A DNA stretch of 42,338 bases from Kiritimatiellia bacterium (GCA_044344495.1 JBIJCW010000002.1:1-42338), one strand, 5' to 3'. Shown: positions 1 through 10,178, numbered from the stretch's first letter. Translations and numbers: made by a program. The notes: generated from the sequence alone by a model not told the origin.

Positions 1-18
1 GTGTCTTGTGCGCCACTC

Positions 19-1791
19 TTAGAACAAACCCCGAACCCTGCCCGTCTTCACGTCAATGTCGATGTTGGTGAACGCCGGTTCTGAAGCCATCCCTGGCATT
101 AGCTTAATGTCACCCGCCACCGGCACCACAAAACCGGCTCCACGGTAGATCAGGATGTCACGGATCGGCAAGGTCCATCCCTTGGGCCTCCCCTTCAAGT
201 CCGGGTCGTGCGACAAGCTCAGATGGGTCTTGACCATGCAAGTCCCCAGCTTTGCCGTTTCAGGATCCGCCTCGAACCGTTTTGCCTTTTCAAGGGCCGT
301 CTCGCTGTATGAAACACCATCTGCCCCGTAAATCTCCTTGGCTATCCTCTCGATACGCACCCGCAACGGAGTGTCAAGCTCGTAGAGGAATTTGAAATTC
401 TGCTTTTCCTCTGACGCCGTCACAACTGCCTCAGCCAACTCGCGCGCACCTTCGCCGCCTTTCAACCAGTGTTGCGACAGTGCCACATACGCTCCATGCG
501 CCTCCGCAACCTTGCGAATCAGGGCCACTTCACTGGCCGTATCCGTGTGAAACCCATTGATACACACCACTGGACGAACTCCGCTCTTCTTGACGATATC
601 AATATGCGCCAGCAGGTTCTCGCACCCCTTCTCAAGAAGCCCAAGGTTTTCACGCGTATACGCCTCATCAAGCCGCACTCCCGGTTTTACCGCCGGACCA
701 CCCCCGTGCATCTTGAGCGCCCTGATGGTCGCTACCACAACCACGGCGCTTGGCTTGATCCCGGAAACACGACACTTCAGATTCCAGAACTTCTCAAAGC
801 CAATATCAGCCGCAAACCCGCTTTCCGTCACATGGTACTCGGCCAGCCGAGTGCCAAGCTTATCGGCAATGATGGAGCTTTGCCCAATCGCAATGTTGGC
901 AAAGGGTCCGGCATGAACAAAAATCGGCTGCCCCTCAATCGTCTGTAGCAAGTTCGGATTGATGGCATCCACAAGCCATGCGGCCATGGCTCCATCCACC
1001 TTCAGATCCGCAGTGGTAATTTCTTTGCCGCTTGTGTCATAGGCCACCACCATTTTAGCCAACCGGTCCCGCAAATCAGCAAGATCGCTGGCAACCGCCA
1101 GAATGGCCATCACCTCACTACCCACCGAAATCTGGAAGCCAGACTCCATCTCGAATCCATCCATCTTGCCGCCACGTCCGATGATGATGTTTCGCAGACT
1201 CTGCGCGCACAAATCAATGCACCACTTGATCGCCACTCTCTTGGGGTCAACATTCAACCTGCGAATGCCCGTACGGGCCAGCCGCACATCATCATAGTTG
1301 CGCTCGTGCTGCATCCGCGATGTCAGGGCCACCATCGCCAGATTGTGGGCATTGGTGATGGAGTCGATATCGCCAGTCAACCGGATGGAGAACGGAGCTA
1401 GGGGAATGCACTGGGCCAAGCCACCCCCAGCCGCAGACCCCTTGATGTTGAATGTCGGTCCGCCACTGGGTTGCCGGATGGCACCCGTCACAGTCTTGCC
1501 AATCTTGCCAAGACCCTGAACCAGACCAATCGTCGTGGTCGTCTTGCCTTCACCAAGTGGTGTCGGCGTAATAGCCGTCACATCAATATACTTCCCGGTC
1601 GGAAAGTCCTTGATCCGCTCCATGACCATGCGCTGGTCCACCTTGGCAAGATTCCGCCCCATGGGGATTACTTCATCCGGTAGCAACCCCAATTCCGCAG
1701 CCAACTTCGAAATCGGCTTCATGTAGGGCTCCGCTGCCTCCGCGATCTGCCAATCCTTCATCTGGGTCGGATCTAACGTTAACTTGCTCAT
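19..1791 (-). CDS. fhs: formate--tetrahydrofolate ligase (formyl-THF synthetase), 590 aa
   Basis: Full ORF with ATG at 1789-1791. It carries FTHFS hallmarks: [16 protein letters not shown] (P-loop), [23 protein letters not shown] and [12 protein letters not shown]. Confidence 0.95.
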   Translation of the reverse strand: MSKLTLDPTQMKDWQIAEAAEPYMKPISKLAAELGLLPDEVIPMGRNLAKVDQRMVMERIKDFPTGKYIDVTAITPTPLGEGKTTTTIGLVQGLGKIGKTVTGAIRQPSGGPTFNIKGSAAGGGLAQCIPLAPFSIRLTGDIDSITNAHNLAMVALTSRMQHERNYDDVRLARTGIRRLNVDPKRVAIKWCIDLCAQSLRNIIIGRGGKMDGFEMESGFQISVGSEVMAILAVASDLADLRDRLAKMVVAYDTSGKEITTADLKVDGAMAAWLVDAINPNLLQTIEGQPIFVHAGPFANIAIGQSSIIADKLGTRLAEYHVTESGFAADIGFEKFWNLKCRVSGIKPSAVVVVATIRALKMHGGGPAVKPGVRLDEAYTRENLGLLEKGCENLLAHIDIVKKSGVRPVVCINGFHTDTASEVALIRKVAEAHGAYVALSQHWLKGGEGARELAEAVVTASEEKQNFKFLYELDTPLRVRIERIAKEIYGADGVSYSETALEKAKRFEADPETAKLGTCMVKTHLSLSHDPDLKGRPKGWTLPIRDILIYRGAGFVVPVAGDIKLMPGMASEPAFTNIDIDVKTGRVRGLF

Positions 1792-1828
1792 TTTCGTTTC
1801 CTTTCCTTCACGCTTCGTTACAACACGC

Positions 1829-2851
1829 CTACTCGGCGCCTAGACGACCTTCCCTGTGCGCGCTGATGTACTCCGCCCCGAACAGGTCTTCACCCGTCAA
1901 CAGCGCCTTTGCCAAACCGAATGCTTCAGTGGTCGTATCCACCCCGGCAAGAATCTTGCTGTTCATCTGTAGCGGATCTAAAATTCCGCTATCAGCCCCG
2001 GCTTCGACGGCCAACCATGTAAACACCTGATTGATGAGCTTCCGTCCGGGCATACCAAACGAAACATTGCTCAATCCGCCAGTCACATGTATCGCGATCC
2101 CATACTGATGCCTTAGGGCAGAAACCGCATCAAGAAATCCCTTGGCATTATTGGAGTCGGTGGCAATCGGGAAAACTAGGGGATCAATATAAACATCGCC
2201 ACCACGAATCCCAGCCGCCTCCAACTTTGGCATCAACCGCGAAATATTGGCCAACCGCTGCTCGGTATCGGCAGGCAGATCCTTCTCGCCAGCCGCCGAG
2301 GCAATCACAACCGCTTTGAATTCGGCGGAAACACCAATCGCATCCTGACGCTCCAACGACACAGAGTTAACCATGGGACGCCCGCGCGCTACATCACAAG
2401 CCACCAGCCCTGCCCTCAAAATCGCAGGATTGGAAGAATCAATACTCAGGGACAGTCGGCTACTCTCTTGGATCACCTTCGCGACCCATTGGATTGCACG
2501 GCACCGCTCGTCGATATCCGTGCTGAATTCATCAACATTAACATCCAGAAATGACGCATCGGAGGATTCCTGGCGCATTGCTAAATACCGAAGGTAGTCC
2601 GAACCAGCAACTTTTCCGGCACTATCACCATGCAACCCCTGCCAAACGGCAACAGCACAATGCTTGACCTTCCCATTCTCCCAGTCAGCCGTTCTAAGAA
2701 ACACATCGGGAATTGGCAGGAAACGAGTATCGCCCTTGCCACCATACACAATGGCATACCCACCCTTTTCCATTGGCTTCACGAAATTCCCGCCAACTTT
2801 ATAGACGCTCGTACAATGAATATTCTCACCAACTACGATCAACTTTTTCAT
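1829..2851 (-). CDS. pterin-binding (DHPS-like) methyltetrahydrofolate methyltransferase-domain protein (MetH pterin module / AcsE-MeTr-like), 340 aa
   Basis: ATG at 2849-2851 is preceded by GGGGAG. The start lies 14 nt after the upstream gene's stop. Motifs [30 protein letters not shown] and [12 protein letters not shown] fit the Pterin_bind TIM-barrel family. No DxHxxG cobalamin-binding motif is present. Confidence 0.8.
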   Translation of the reverse strand: MKKLIVVGENIHCTSVYKVGGNFVKPMEKGGYAIVYGGKGDTRFLPIPDVFLRTADWENGKVKHCAVAVWQGLHGDSAGKVAGSDYLRYLAMRQESSDASFLDVNVDEFSTDIDERCRAIQWVAKVIQESSRLSLSIDSSNPAILRAGLVACDVARGRPMVNSVSLERQDAIGVSAEFKAVVIASAAGEKDLPADTEQRLANISRLMPKLEAAGIRGGDVYIDPLVFPIATDSNNAKGFLDAVSALRHQYGIAIHVTGGLSNVSFGMPGRKLINQVFTWLAVEAGADSGILDPLQMNSKILAGVDTTTEAFGLAKALLTGEDLFGAEYISAHREGRLGAE

Positions 2852-2865
2852 CTTTGCTCCCCGCT

Positions 2866-3783
2866 TTAAAAAGTTTCTTGGTTTCTCCTAACCCCGTTTT
2901 CAATCCTCGTCAGTACCCGCCCAATGGCCATAATGTGCTCCGGCGTAGTGCCGCAACACCCACCGATGATCGCAGCACCTGCCTCAACAACGCCCGGAAT
3001 CCATCCGGCTGTTACCTCCGGTGTTTCGGGAAAGACATCCACACCCTTCACGCTCACCGGTAAGCCGGCATTGGCCTGAACCATGATCGGCACTCCCGCG
3101 ACGGCCTTTCGCATCGCCTTAACAATCGCCACCATCTGCTCCATCCCCTGTCCGCAGTTCGCGCCGACAATATGGGCACCAGCCTCTACGGCCGCACAAG
3201 CCGCGTCCGCTGGCGTTACGCCCATCATCGTATGGTACCCACCATCGGCTGTGTGCTGGAAAGTGAAGGTAGCAATAATCTCCAGGGATCCCTGTTCCCG
3301 TGCCGCCTTGATCGCCAAACATGCCTCATCAATATCGGACATGGTTTCAATACACACCGCATCCGCACCTCCAGTCGCCAACGCAGCAACCTGCTCTTGA
3401 AACGCTTCAAAGAGTTCACCCTCAGTGACATCTCCCATCAAAAGCATCTTCCCCGTTGGCCCAACTGAGGCAATCACGTGACACTCCCGACCGGCCGCTT
3501 CGCGCGAAATTTCCGCCGCCACCCTGTTCAATTCCTCCACGCGATACTGAAGCCCAAAATAGTCCAGCTTGAACCGTGTCCCTCCAAAGCTGTTCGTTTC
3601 AATCATGTCACAGCCCGCTTCCACATAACGGCGCGCCACATCCAGCACCTCGTTGCGATGCTCAACACACCACAACTCCGGACACTCCCCGGCCTTGAGA
3701 CCCTTTCGCTGAAGAAAGGTCCCCCACGCCCCATCCGAGAGCAGCAACTCACCTTCATGTACTCGTTGAACTATTCTCTTCAC
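2866..3783 (-). CDS. homocysteine S-methyltransferase-domain protein (MetH Hcy-binding module-like), about 305 aa
   Basis: Motifs LLLSDGAWGT, ETNSFGG, GANCGQG and IGGCCGTTPEHI (the Zn-binding Cys triad) are typical of the S-methyl_trans family. The track ORF extends to a TTG at 3891, through AT-rich sequence. I prefer the GTG at 3781-3783, which is preceded by GAGGGAG. The start remains uncertain. Confidence 0.8.
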   Translation of the reverse strand: MKRIVQRVHEGELLLSDGAWGTFLQRKGLKAGECPELWCVEHRNEVLDVARRYVEAGCDMIETNSFGGTRFKLDYFGLQYRVEELNRVAAEISREAAGRECHVIASVGPTGKMLLMGDVTEGELFEAFQEQVAALATGGADAVCIETMSDIDEACLAIKAAREQGSLEIIATFTFQHTADGGYHTMMGVTPADAACAAVEAGAHIVGANCGQGMEQMVAIVKAMRKAVAGVPIMVQANAGLPVSVKGVDVFPETPEVTAGWIPGVVEAGAAIIGGCCGTTPEHIMAIGRVLTRIENGVRRNQETF

Positions 3784-3879
3784 TAGCTCCCTCGCTGATG
3801 ATGCAAACACTACACAGTCTGCGTTATGGTTTATATTATTCTTGTAGTTTCTGGCTTTCTTATAGCATAGTCTGGCACC
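3784..3879. promoter_or_regulatory. divergent control region between the C1 methyltransferase operon and its PocR/AraC regulator
   Basis: A 96-nt, visibly AT-rich spacer separates the two divergently transcribed genes. It contains a minus-strand TAATAT (plus 3833-3838) and a plus-strand TTGTAG..TAGCAT pair. No operator could be defined by eye. Confidence 0.35.
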
Positions 3880-5202
3880 GTGAATGCCCAATCACTCAGT
3901 GATAAACTGTCTAATGTTCTGGAAACCATTGGCCAAATCTCCGGTCAGGGGACAGTCTACCATGGACTCCATGACCAAGTCATGCTGACCAATGGGAAAG
4001 TCTGCGTCTTTTGCCGCCATGCCCTTAACCATCCCATCGCAGCCCCCCTATGCCGTTACTCCTGCTGCAACGCCACCGTTGAAGCCATGACCTCCGGTGA
4101 GCCCTCATTCTACCAATGCTGGACCGGACTTATGTTCGTCACAGTTCCTGTTGCCCCGCAAAACCGCTGTTCCGGCGGAATAACGTTGGGCGGGTTCTAC
4201 ACCCCGGAGCAACACCAAGACATTCATGAATCCCTCTCTCAAGCCCTCAGTATGTGGCCAGCCATCGACCCGAAGCCCTTTCTGTCTAATCTGAAAACCC
4301 TTCGTCCCATTACCACCAGTGCCTTACGCGGACTCGGACGTCTCGCCATGGAAACCACGTTTTCCTGCGGATTAAACTCCAGTACCTACTTCCGCGCCCA
4401 GAACGACAGATACCTCCAGCAGTGCCGCATCGCCGAAGCCTTCGCTGATCTCCGCTCACAGAAAGTCTCGACGCCGGATATTCTTGGCGACACCTACCAA
4501 CTGGTTTCCTTCCTAAGCCATGACGACCAAACCAGCGCCATGGAATTTGTATCGCGTTATCTCGCCAAACTGCTCCTGGCCAGCAATTGGGATCTCATCA
4601 AGCTGAAAGCCCATGCCCGCACACTTCTGGCTGTGATTACCAGTCACGATATTCTAAACGGTACCCCTTGGGCCGTTGCCACCAGTCGTGAATTGCGCCA
4701 TATGGTTCGCTTGGAACATGCCAACAGCACCGAGGAAACCTGCCATGAAGTGGCAGACTGGGTTCATCAGCACTTTAACCGGTCGAGCCGAATCCTTCCC
4801 GATGGGCGTAGCCTTGGCGACCGAGTGCTGGACTGGATGCAGACCCATTATCAGGAACCCGCCACACTCACGGTCGCCGCCAAGGCCATTGGCATCAGCG
4901 TCTCCACACTGGTGCATCGCCTGCCGGCCGAGACCGGCAAGACCTTTAAACAACTTCTCTTGGAAATCCGAACGAGTGAAGCCAAGAAACTTCTAGCTAC
5001 CAGTTCACTCGAGATCAGCGCAGTGGCAGGACACTGCGGATTCTTCGACCAAAGTCACTTTACCCGCGAGTTTAAGCGCTCCATCAACCTGACACCGGGG
5101 CAGTTTCGAAAATTGCTCGCGGTACCAGAGAATGCTTTGCGCTCTCCCAACAAACGTAGCCTCGATGATCCTGAAACAACCAAGCCCTCTTGTCCCGGAT
5201 AG
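3880..5202 (+). CDS. AraC-family transcriptional regulator with N-terminal PocR-like sensor domain, 440 aa
   Basis: GTG start at 3880. The N-terminal Cys-rich block VCVFCRH..PLCRYSCCN..YQCWTGLMFVTVPV..GGITLGGF resembles the PocR domain. The C-terminus carries a double HTH typical of AraC: LTVAAKAIGISVSTLVHRL...ISAVAGHCGFFDQSHFTREFKRSINLTPGQFR. Confidence 0.8.
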   Translation: MNAQSLSDKLSNVLETIGQISGQGTVYHGLHDQVMLTNGKVCVFCRHALNHPIAAPLCRYSCCNATVEAMTSGEPSFYQCWTGLMFVTVPVAPQNRCSGGITLGGFYTPEQHQDIHESLSQALSMWPAIDPKPFLSNLKTLRPITTSALRGLGRLAMETTFSCGLNSSTYFRAQNDRYLQQCRIAEAFADLRSQKVSTPDILGDTYQLVSFLSHDDQTSAMEFVSRYLAKLLLASNWDLIKLKAHARTLLAVITSHDILNGTPWAVATSRELRHMVRLEHANSTEETCHEVADWVHQHFNRSSRILPDGRSLGDRVLDWMQTHYQEPATLTVAAKAIGISVSTLVHRLPAETGKTFKQLLLEIRTSEAKKLLATSSLEISAVAGHCGFFDQSHFTREFKRSINLTPGQFRKLLAVPENALRSPNKRSLDDPETTKPSCPG

Positions 5203-5277
5203 TGACCGGAATGAGCCACTCCTGCACGTGACTAGCCGTAAACAACACTTCGCCTAGTATCCTCCACCATTCTGCAA

Positions 5278-5309
5278 CAAAAAAACCCGCCGTTGTTCAC
5301 GGCGGGTTT
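5278..5309 (-). terminator. rho-independent terminator downstream of rplQ (end of alpha operon)
   Basis: The minus strand reads AAACCCGCCG-TGAACAA-CGGCGGGTTT followed by TTTTG: a 10-bp stem, 7-nt loop and U-rich tail. It lies 32 nt after the rplQ stop. It is also convergent with the end of the AraC gene. Confidence 0.75.
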
Positions 5310-5340
5310 CCAGTTTATTCCCTGCGAACAGGAAAAGCCC

Positions 5341-5805
5341 TTACCCCTCCTTCTTCTCGTCCGCTCCCTTTTCCTCAGTCGCTGGGGATTCATCCGCCTT
5401 CGCCTTCCGGCGCTTATCCACTGCCGACAAATCCACCCACTCCAAAACCACCATTTCAGAAGCGTCCCCGCCCCGCTGCCCAATTCGAACAATTCTGGTG
5501 TAACCGCCTTGTCGGTCCTTGTACTGCGGCGCAATCGCCTCGAAAAGCCGGTCAACATGCTTGCGATGCCTGAGTACACTCAAGATCTTCCGCTTGGCAC
5601 TAAGCAAATCCTCAGGTTTCCCTGACGCGAGCGCCTTCTTGGCTGTCGTCACAACTTTTTCAGCCAGCATTCTGGTCTGCTTGGCCTTTTGGATCGTCGT
5701 CTGGATCCTCTGTTCCTGAATGAAGTTGCTCACCAGTGAACTGAGCAAGGCCTTCCGCGCTTCCGCAGAACGGCCCAGTTTCACGCTGTTCTTCATGTGT
5801 CGCAT
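5341..5805 (-). CDS. rplQ: 50S ribosomal protein L17
   Basis: Starts MRHMKNSVKLGRSAEARKALL and contains APQYKDRQGGYTRIV. It sits in the canonical position after rpoA. Confidence 0.95.
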   Translation of the reverse strand: MRHMKNSVKLGRSAEARKALLSSLVSNFIQEQRIQTTIQKAKQTRMLAEKVVTTAKKALASGKPEDLLSAKRKILSVLRHRKHVDRLFEAIAPQYKDRQGGYTRIVRIGQRGGDASEMVVLEWVDLSAVDKRRKAKADESPATEEKGADEKKEG

Positions 5806-5905
5806 ATCTGACTCCCAGCATCCACTCGCCGCCCCGTTAACGCTCCGGAAACAGGCGATGACTAATATTCATTCGTTGATTAACCCCAACCGCCACAGGC
5901 CGCAC

Positions 5906-6922
5906 TTATTCCTTGCCTGCCTCCGGTGTGTTCAGCATTCTTAGAAGTTCATCGTCAAACTTCATTCCAAGGCCCAATCCCAACTCCGCCAGCTTGGCCT
6001 TGATCTCATTCAACGACTTCTTTCCAAAATTGCGGTACTTGAGCATCTCCGCCTCGCTCTTTTGCGCCAACTGCCCCACGGTCGTGATATTGGCATTATT
6101 GAGACAGTTCGCCGCACGCACACTAAGCTCTATCTCATTTACACTCATGTTGAGGACTTTGACCATCTGCTCGCGCTCAATGTCAACCTGTGTTTCCGTG
6201 TCCTCAAATTCCACCACGTTCTTGTCATAATCCACAAAGACGTCAAGATGGTGTCGCAACACCGCTGCCGAAACCGTCATCGCATCATCCGGTGTAATCC
6301 GTCCATCCGTCGTCACGTCCATGATCAACTTGTCGTAATCGGTGCGCTGCCCCACCCGCGTGTTCTCCACTGTGAAATTCACACGCTTGACCGGGGAGAA
6401 AATCGAATCGATCGGGATACGCCCGATGTCTTGATTGTCTTTCTTGTTCCAGTCCGCGGGACAAAAACCGCGACCTATCTTAATTTCGATGACGGCCTCT
6501 AAAACACCATCGGCTGCCAATGTCGCAATATGCTGATCCGGATTCAGAACCTCCACAGTGCCATCGGTCTGAATGTCGCCCGCCGTCACCGCCTTAGCCC
6601 CCTTCACCTTCAATGTCAGGTAGCGCGTTTCACGGGACTGCATCCGTAGCAACACCTTCTTTAGATTCAGGATGATATCGGTCACATCCTCAACAACCCC
6701 CGGAAGCGCACAAAATTCGTGCGGAGCCCCCTCGATGCGCACAGAAGCAATCGCCGCTCCCTCCAGTGACGACAACAAGACTCGCCGCAACGAGTTTCCG
6801 ATAGTCCGCCCGTATCCAACTTCCAACGGTTCGGCAACAAACCGGGCAAACGTTGTGGTAGCAGACCCGTCATCCTTGACCAGCCGCTTCGGCATCTCGA
6901 ACTTGCTCAATCTGATTGGCAT
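5906..6922 (-). CDS. rpoA: DNA-directed RNA polymerase subunit alpha
   Basis: 338 aa. The N-terminal domain carries GYGRTIGNSLRRVLLSS. The C-terminal domain carries LSVRAANCLNNANITTVGQL. Confidence 0.97.
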   Translation of the reverse strand: MPIRLSKFEMPKRLVKDDGSATTTFARFVAEPLEVGYGRTIGNSLRRVLLSSLEGAAIASVRIEGAPHEFCALPGVVEDVTDIILNLKKVLLRMQSRETRYLTLKVKGAKAVTAGDIQTDGTVEVLNPDQHIATLAADGVLEAVIEIKIGRGFCPADWNKKDNQDIGRIPIDSIFSPVKRVNFTVENTRVGQRTDYDKLIMDVTTDGRITPDDAMTVSAAVLRHHLDVFVDYDKNVVEFEDTETQVDIEREQMVKVLNMSVNEIELSVRAANCLNNANITTVGQLAQKSEAEMLKYRNFGKKSLNEIKAKLAELGLGLGMKFDDELLRMLNTPEAGKE

Positions 6923-6971
6923 AATTCAACCCTTCCCAATAAAGAACTACTCCCGCATCAGCGGGCTGCTG

Positions 6972-7598
6972 TTACATTTTGGAGTACAACTCCACAATCA
7001 ACTGTTCGTTAACAAACGGCGCGATCTCTTCCTTGGTCGGCACGCGCAGGACTTCGCCTCGCAGATTATCCTTATCCAGCGTCAGCCAAGACGAAAGCTC
7101 ACGGCTCTGGGCATCCAACGTCCGCTTGACAGCGTCCTGACTAACCTTACGCCCTTTGACATCGATCCGATCCCCCGCTTTAAGACACATCGAAGGGACA
7201 TCCGCACGGCGTCCATTCACTGTTACATGCCCGTGCAACACAAGTTGCCTCGCAGTACGCCGACTTGGCGCAAATCCGAGCCGGTACACCAAATTGTCCA
7301 ATCGCATCTCCAGCAACTGCAGCAACATCTCGCCGGTTACGCCACGCTTTCGCAAAGCACGCTGAAATACCAACTTGAACTGGCCTTCCTGTAACCCGTA
7401 GAATCGGCGCAAGCGCTGTTTTTCACGCAACTGCACCCCGTAGTCCGACTTCTTCGAAGGACGCGCCCCGTGTACGCCGGGGGCAGGACGCCCTGTTTCA
7501 ATCGGACACTTTGCCATCCGGCAACGATCACCCTTCAAGAAAAGCTTCATACCTTCGCGGCGACAAAGCTTGCAGGCTGGCCCTGTATATCTACCCAT
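6972..7598 (-). CDS. rpsD: 30S ribosomal protein S4 (Cys-containing form)
   Basis: Starts MGRYTGPACKLCRREGMKLFLKGDRC. An S4 RNA-binding domain is present. Confidence 0.97.
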   Translation of the reverse strand: MGRYTGPACKLCRREGMKLFLKGDRCRMAKCPIETGRPAPGVHGARPSKKSDYGVQLREKQRLRRFYGLQEGQFKLVFQRALRKRGVTGEMLLQLLEMRLDNLVYRLGFAPSRRTARQLVLHGHVTVNGRRADVPSMCLKAGDRIDVKGRKVSQDAVKRTLDAQSRELSSWLTLDKDNLRGEVLRVPTKEEIAPFVNEQLIVELYSKM

Positions 7599-7632
7599 TC
7601 GAATTCTCCTCTTAGTTCAAAATCGCTTGCCG

Positions 7633-8115
7633 TTACACGCGTCGACGTTTCCGAGCCCGACATCCATTGTGCGGCATCGGCGTCACATCCTTAATTAAAG
7701 TCACATTCAGTCCCGCTGACTGCAAGGCTCGTATCGCCGATTCGCGACCCGCACCCGGCCCCTGGACTCGCACTTCAACTTCCTGCATACCGCGCCCCAC
7801 GGCCTGCCGCGCCACTTCTTGCGCCACAACACTGGCAGCAAAGGCCGTGCTCTTCCGCGATCCCTTGAAACCAGCTCGGCCCGAAGTACTCCAGGCAATA
7901 ACGCCACCTTTGCTATCCGTCACAGAAATGATCGTATTGTTGAACGTCGCGCGAATATGAACCACGCCAAATGGCACCACACGCCCGCCGCGCACGCGGC
8001 TCTGCCGCACCGGTTTGGATCCCTCCGCACCTGTCCCCTCCGTCGCGGGCACTTTGTTGTCAACTACCGGCGATCCTGCGTCACCCTGTCCCGCTTTTTC
8101 TTTTACTTCAGCCAT
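7633..8115 (-). CDS. rpsK: 30S ribosomal protein S11 (with about 35-aa N-terminal extension if ATG 8115 is used)
   Basis: The canonical S11 core is present: [42 protein letters not shown] at 8113-8115. An alternative GTG at 8010 is preceded by GGAGGGA with a 9-nt spacing. Confidence 0.9.
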   Translation of the reverse strand: MAEVKEKAGQGDAGSPVVDNKVPATEGTGAEGSKPVRQSRVRGGRVVPFGVVHIRATFNNTIISVTDSKGGVIAWSTSGRAGFKGSRKSTAFAASVVAQEVARQAVGRGMQEVEVRVQGPGAGRESAIRALQSAGLNVTLIKDVTPMPHNGCRARKRRRV

Positions 8116-8157
8116 GGCAAATCCGTACCTCTCTGTAACCTCTCGTGATCCTTATCC

Positions 8158-8550
8158 TCACTTTACTGCTGCGCGAGCTTCCTTCCCGCGAACCGCACCC
8201 ACGGTGCGACGCGGCCCCTTCCGGGTCCTGGCATTCGTGCTGGTCCGCTGTCCGCGCACCGGCAACCCGCGCTTATGCCGGATACCCCGGTAACTGCCAA
8301 CGCTGATCAAACGACGAATGTTCTGAGCCACTTCACGACGCAGATCACCCTCGATTCGATACTCCCCCTGCAGCACATTGATGATGCGAGCCAATTCTTC
8401 GTCGGATAACTCATCCGCCCGCTTGGCAGGATCGATCTTCGCCTTCGCCACGACTTCCAGCGCCGTGGTCGGTCCAATCCCGTACAAATATCGCAATGAA
8501 TATGCAATCTGCTTCTTGCCGGGTATTTCAACACCTAATATTCTTGGCAT
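8158..8550 (-). CDS. rpsM: 30S ribosomal protein S13
   Basis: MPRILGVEIPGKKQIAYSLRYLYGIGPTTA starts at ATG 8548-8550. The track start at 8565 would overlap the rpmJ stop and is rejected. Confidence 0.95.
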   Translation of the reverse strand: MPRILGVEIPGKKQIAYSLRYLYGIGPTTALEVVAKAKIDPAKRADELSDEELARIINVLQGEYRIEGDLRREVAQNIRRLISVGSYRGIRHKRGLPVRGQRTSTNARTRKGPRRTVGAVRGKEARAAVK

Positions 8551-8561
8551 GAAAACGCTCC

Positions 8562-8675
8562 TCAACCTTGTCGCTGTTTGTGGCGCGGATTAGTGCAGAT
8601 CACCCGCACAACACCCCGTCGGCGCACAACTTTACATCGTTCACAAATTCTCTTGACCGAACTTCTGACCTTCAT
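8562..8675 (-). CDS. rpmJ: 50S ribosomal protein L36 (Zn-binding form), 37 aa
   Basis: Not in the ORF track. Hand translation of the minus strand from ATG 8675 to TGA 8562 gives [37 protein letters not shown]. It sits in the canonical position upstream of rpsM. Confidence 0.92.
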   Translation of the reverse strand: MKVRSSVKRICERCKVVRRRGVVRVICTNPRHKQRQG

Positions 8676-8736
8676 CCGCTGTCTCCATTCCAAAAAGAGT
8701 CCGCCAAGTTACCAGTCGCTTGTCGCACTGTCCACA

Positions 8737-9522
8737 TCAAAAAACACTCACCGCACCCACCTGGGTAGGCGCGCCTTCTCCGATCGTCAGGATCTCCGGC
8801 CCTTCCTCACCAACCGCCACCGTATGCTCAAAGTGCGCCGATGGTTTCCGATCAGCCGTCAATACCGTCCATCCATCCTCCTGAACCTCCACCGCAAAAC
8901 CACCCATGTTCACCATGGGCTCGATGGCCAGTGTCATCCCTGCCTTTAACTTTGGTCCCCGTCCTGGGGCGCCATAGTTCGGAATCTGCGGCTCTTCGTG
9001 CATCTTCCGCCCGATCCCATGGCCTACAAAATCCCTCACCACCGAAAACCCGGACTGCCTGGCCGTCCGCTCGATGGCATGCGAAATATCCGAAATCCGC
9101 TTCCCAACCCGCGCCATGCTGACCCCTTCAGCAAGCGCCTGCTCTGTCGCCTTCACAAGCCGCACCACATCAGGATCCGTCACGCCAACCATCACTGTCG
9201 TCGCGGTATCCCCAACAAATCCATCAAGGACAACACCAACATCAATGCTTACGATCTGCCCAAGCTCAATCCGCCGGTCGCTCCGAATCCCGTGCACCAC
9301 TTCAGCATCAATGGAAATACATATGTTTCCAGGATATCCGTGATATCCCAAAAAAGCACTACGCCCTCCCACTGCCTCAATCAGCCCAGCCGCCCGGTCA
9401 TCCAGCCACTTCGTACTCACGCCGGGCGTCACCAACCTCGCCACCTCATCCCGCACTAAAGCTGCCGCCCGCCCACTCACGCGCATCCGCTTCAATTCAT
9501 CGCGGCTCTTAATGACGATCAT
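8737..9522 (-). CDS. map: type I methionine aminopeptidase
   Basis: 261 aa with metal-ligand context ISIDAEVVHG, DVGVVLDGFVGD, VGHGIG, LAIEP and FEHTV. Its ATG overlaps the adk stop (ATGA). Confidence 0.95.
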   Translation of the reverse strand: MIVIKSRDELKRMRVSGRAAALVRDEVARLVTPGVSTKWLDDRAAGLIEAVGGRSAFLGYHGYPGNICISIDAEVVHGIRSDRRIELGQIVSIDVGVVLDGFVGDTATTVMVGVTDPDVVRLVKATEQALAEGVSMARVGKRISDISHAIERTARQSGFSVVRDFVGHGIGRKMHEEPQIPNYGAPGRGPKLKAGMTLAIEPMVNMGGFAVEVQEDGWTVLTADRKPSAHFEHTVAVGEEGPEILTIGEGAPTQVGAVSVF

Positions 9523-10178
9523 GTGCAGCTCAGCGGTTCTGCCACACGCAGGATTTCCGCCACCGCTTCATGCCGGGATCGCGCGGAATCCACCCGCACC
9601 AGAATGCCCTTCTTGTCATAGAACGAAATCAAACTTTCCGTCTGCTGCGTATATACATCCAGCCGATTCAGAATCGTGGCCTCCTGATCATCCGCGCGCT
9701 GATAAAGCACACCGCCGCAAATATCGCACACCCCTGCCTGTTTCGGCGGGATATTGATCACATGATATCCTTGGCCACACTGACGACACACCCTGCGCCC
9801 TGTCAATCGCGCCATCAATAAATCCCTTGGCGCCTCCAGAAGAAACACAAAATCCACCTTGGAACTTCGCCGCCCCAGACTCTCGTCCATCAGACGAGCT
9901 TGCGCCAACGTGCGAGGAAAACCATCAAACATGTAGGCGTCATCTCGTTGCCCACGGTCCAACCGCTCTTCCACCAGTTTGATAATGACATCGTCCGGAA
10001 CAAGTTCACCGCGTTTCATGAACGCTTCGGCTTGTTTCCCAACCGCAGACCCCGCCTTGACAGCTTCCCTCAACATGTCTCCAGTGGAAATGTGAACAAA
10101 CGGACACGCCCCCCGAATACCTTCGGCGATCGTCCCCTTTCCCGCGCCGGGCGCCCCGAGTAGAATAATCGTTTTCAC
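9519..10178 (-). CDS. adk: adenylate kinase (4-Cys zinc lid)
   Basis: GTG start. Has the P-loop LLGAPGAGKGT. The lid reads CRQCGQGYH...CDICGG. Confidence 0.95.
   Translation of the reverse strand: MKTIILLGAPGAGKGTIAEGIRGACPFVHISTGDMLREAVKAGSAVGKQAEAFMKRGELVPDDVIIKLVEERLDRGQRDDAYMFDGFPRTLAQARLMDESLGRRSSKVDFVFLLEAPRDLLMARLTGRRVCRQCGQGYHVINIPPKQAGVCDICGGVLYQRADDQEATILNRLDVYTQQTESLISFYDKKGILVRVDSARSRHEAVAEILRVAEPLSCT

Noticed and set aside
8568-8949. Plus-strand ORFs of 66 and 123 aa overlapping the rpmJ/map region.
   Set aside because: The minus strand here encodes a textbook L36 and methionine aminopeptidase. The plus-strand frames have no motifs.
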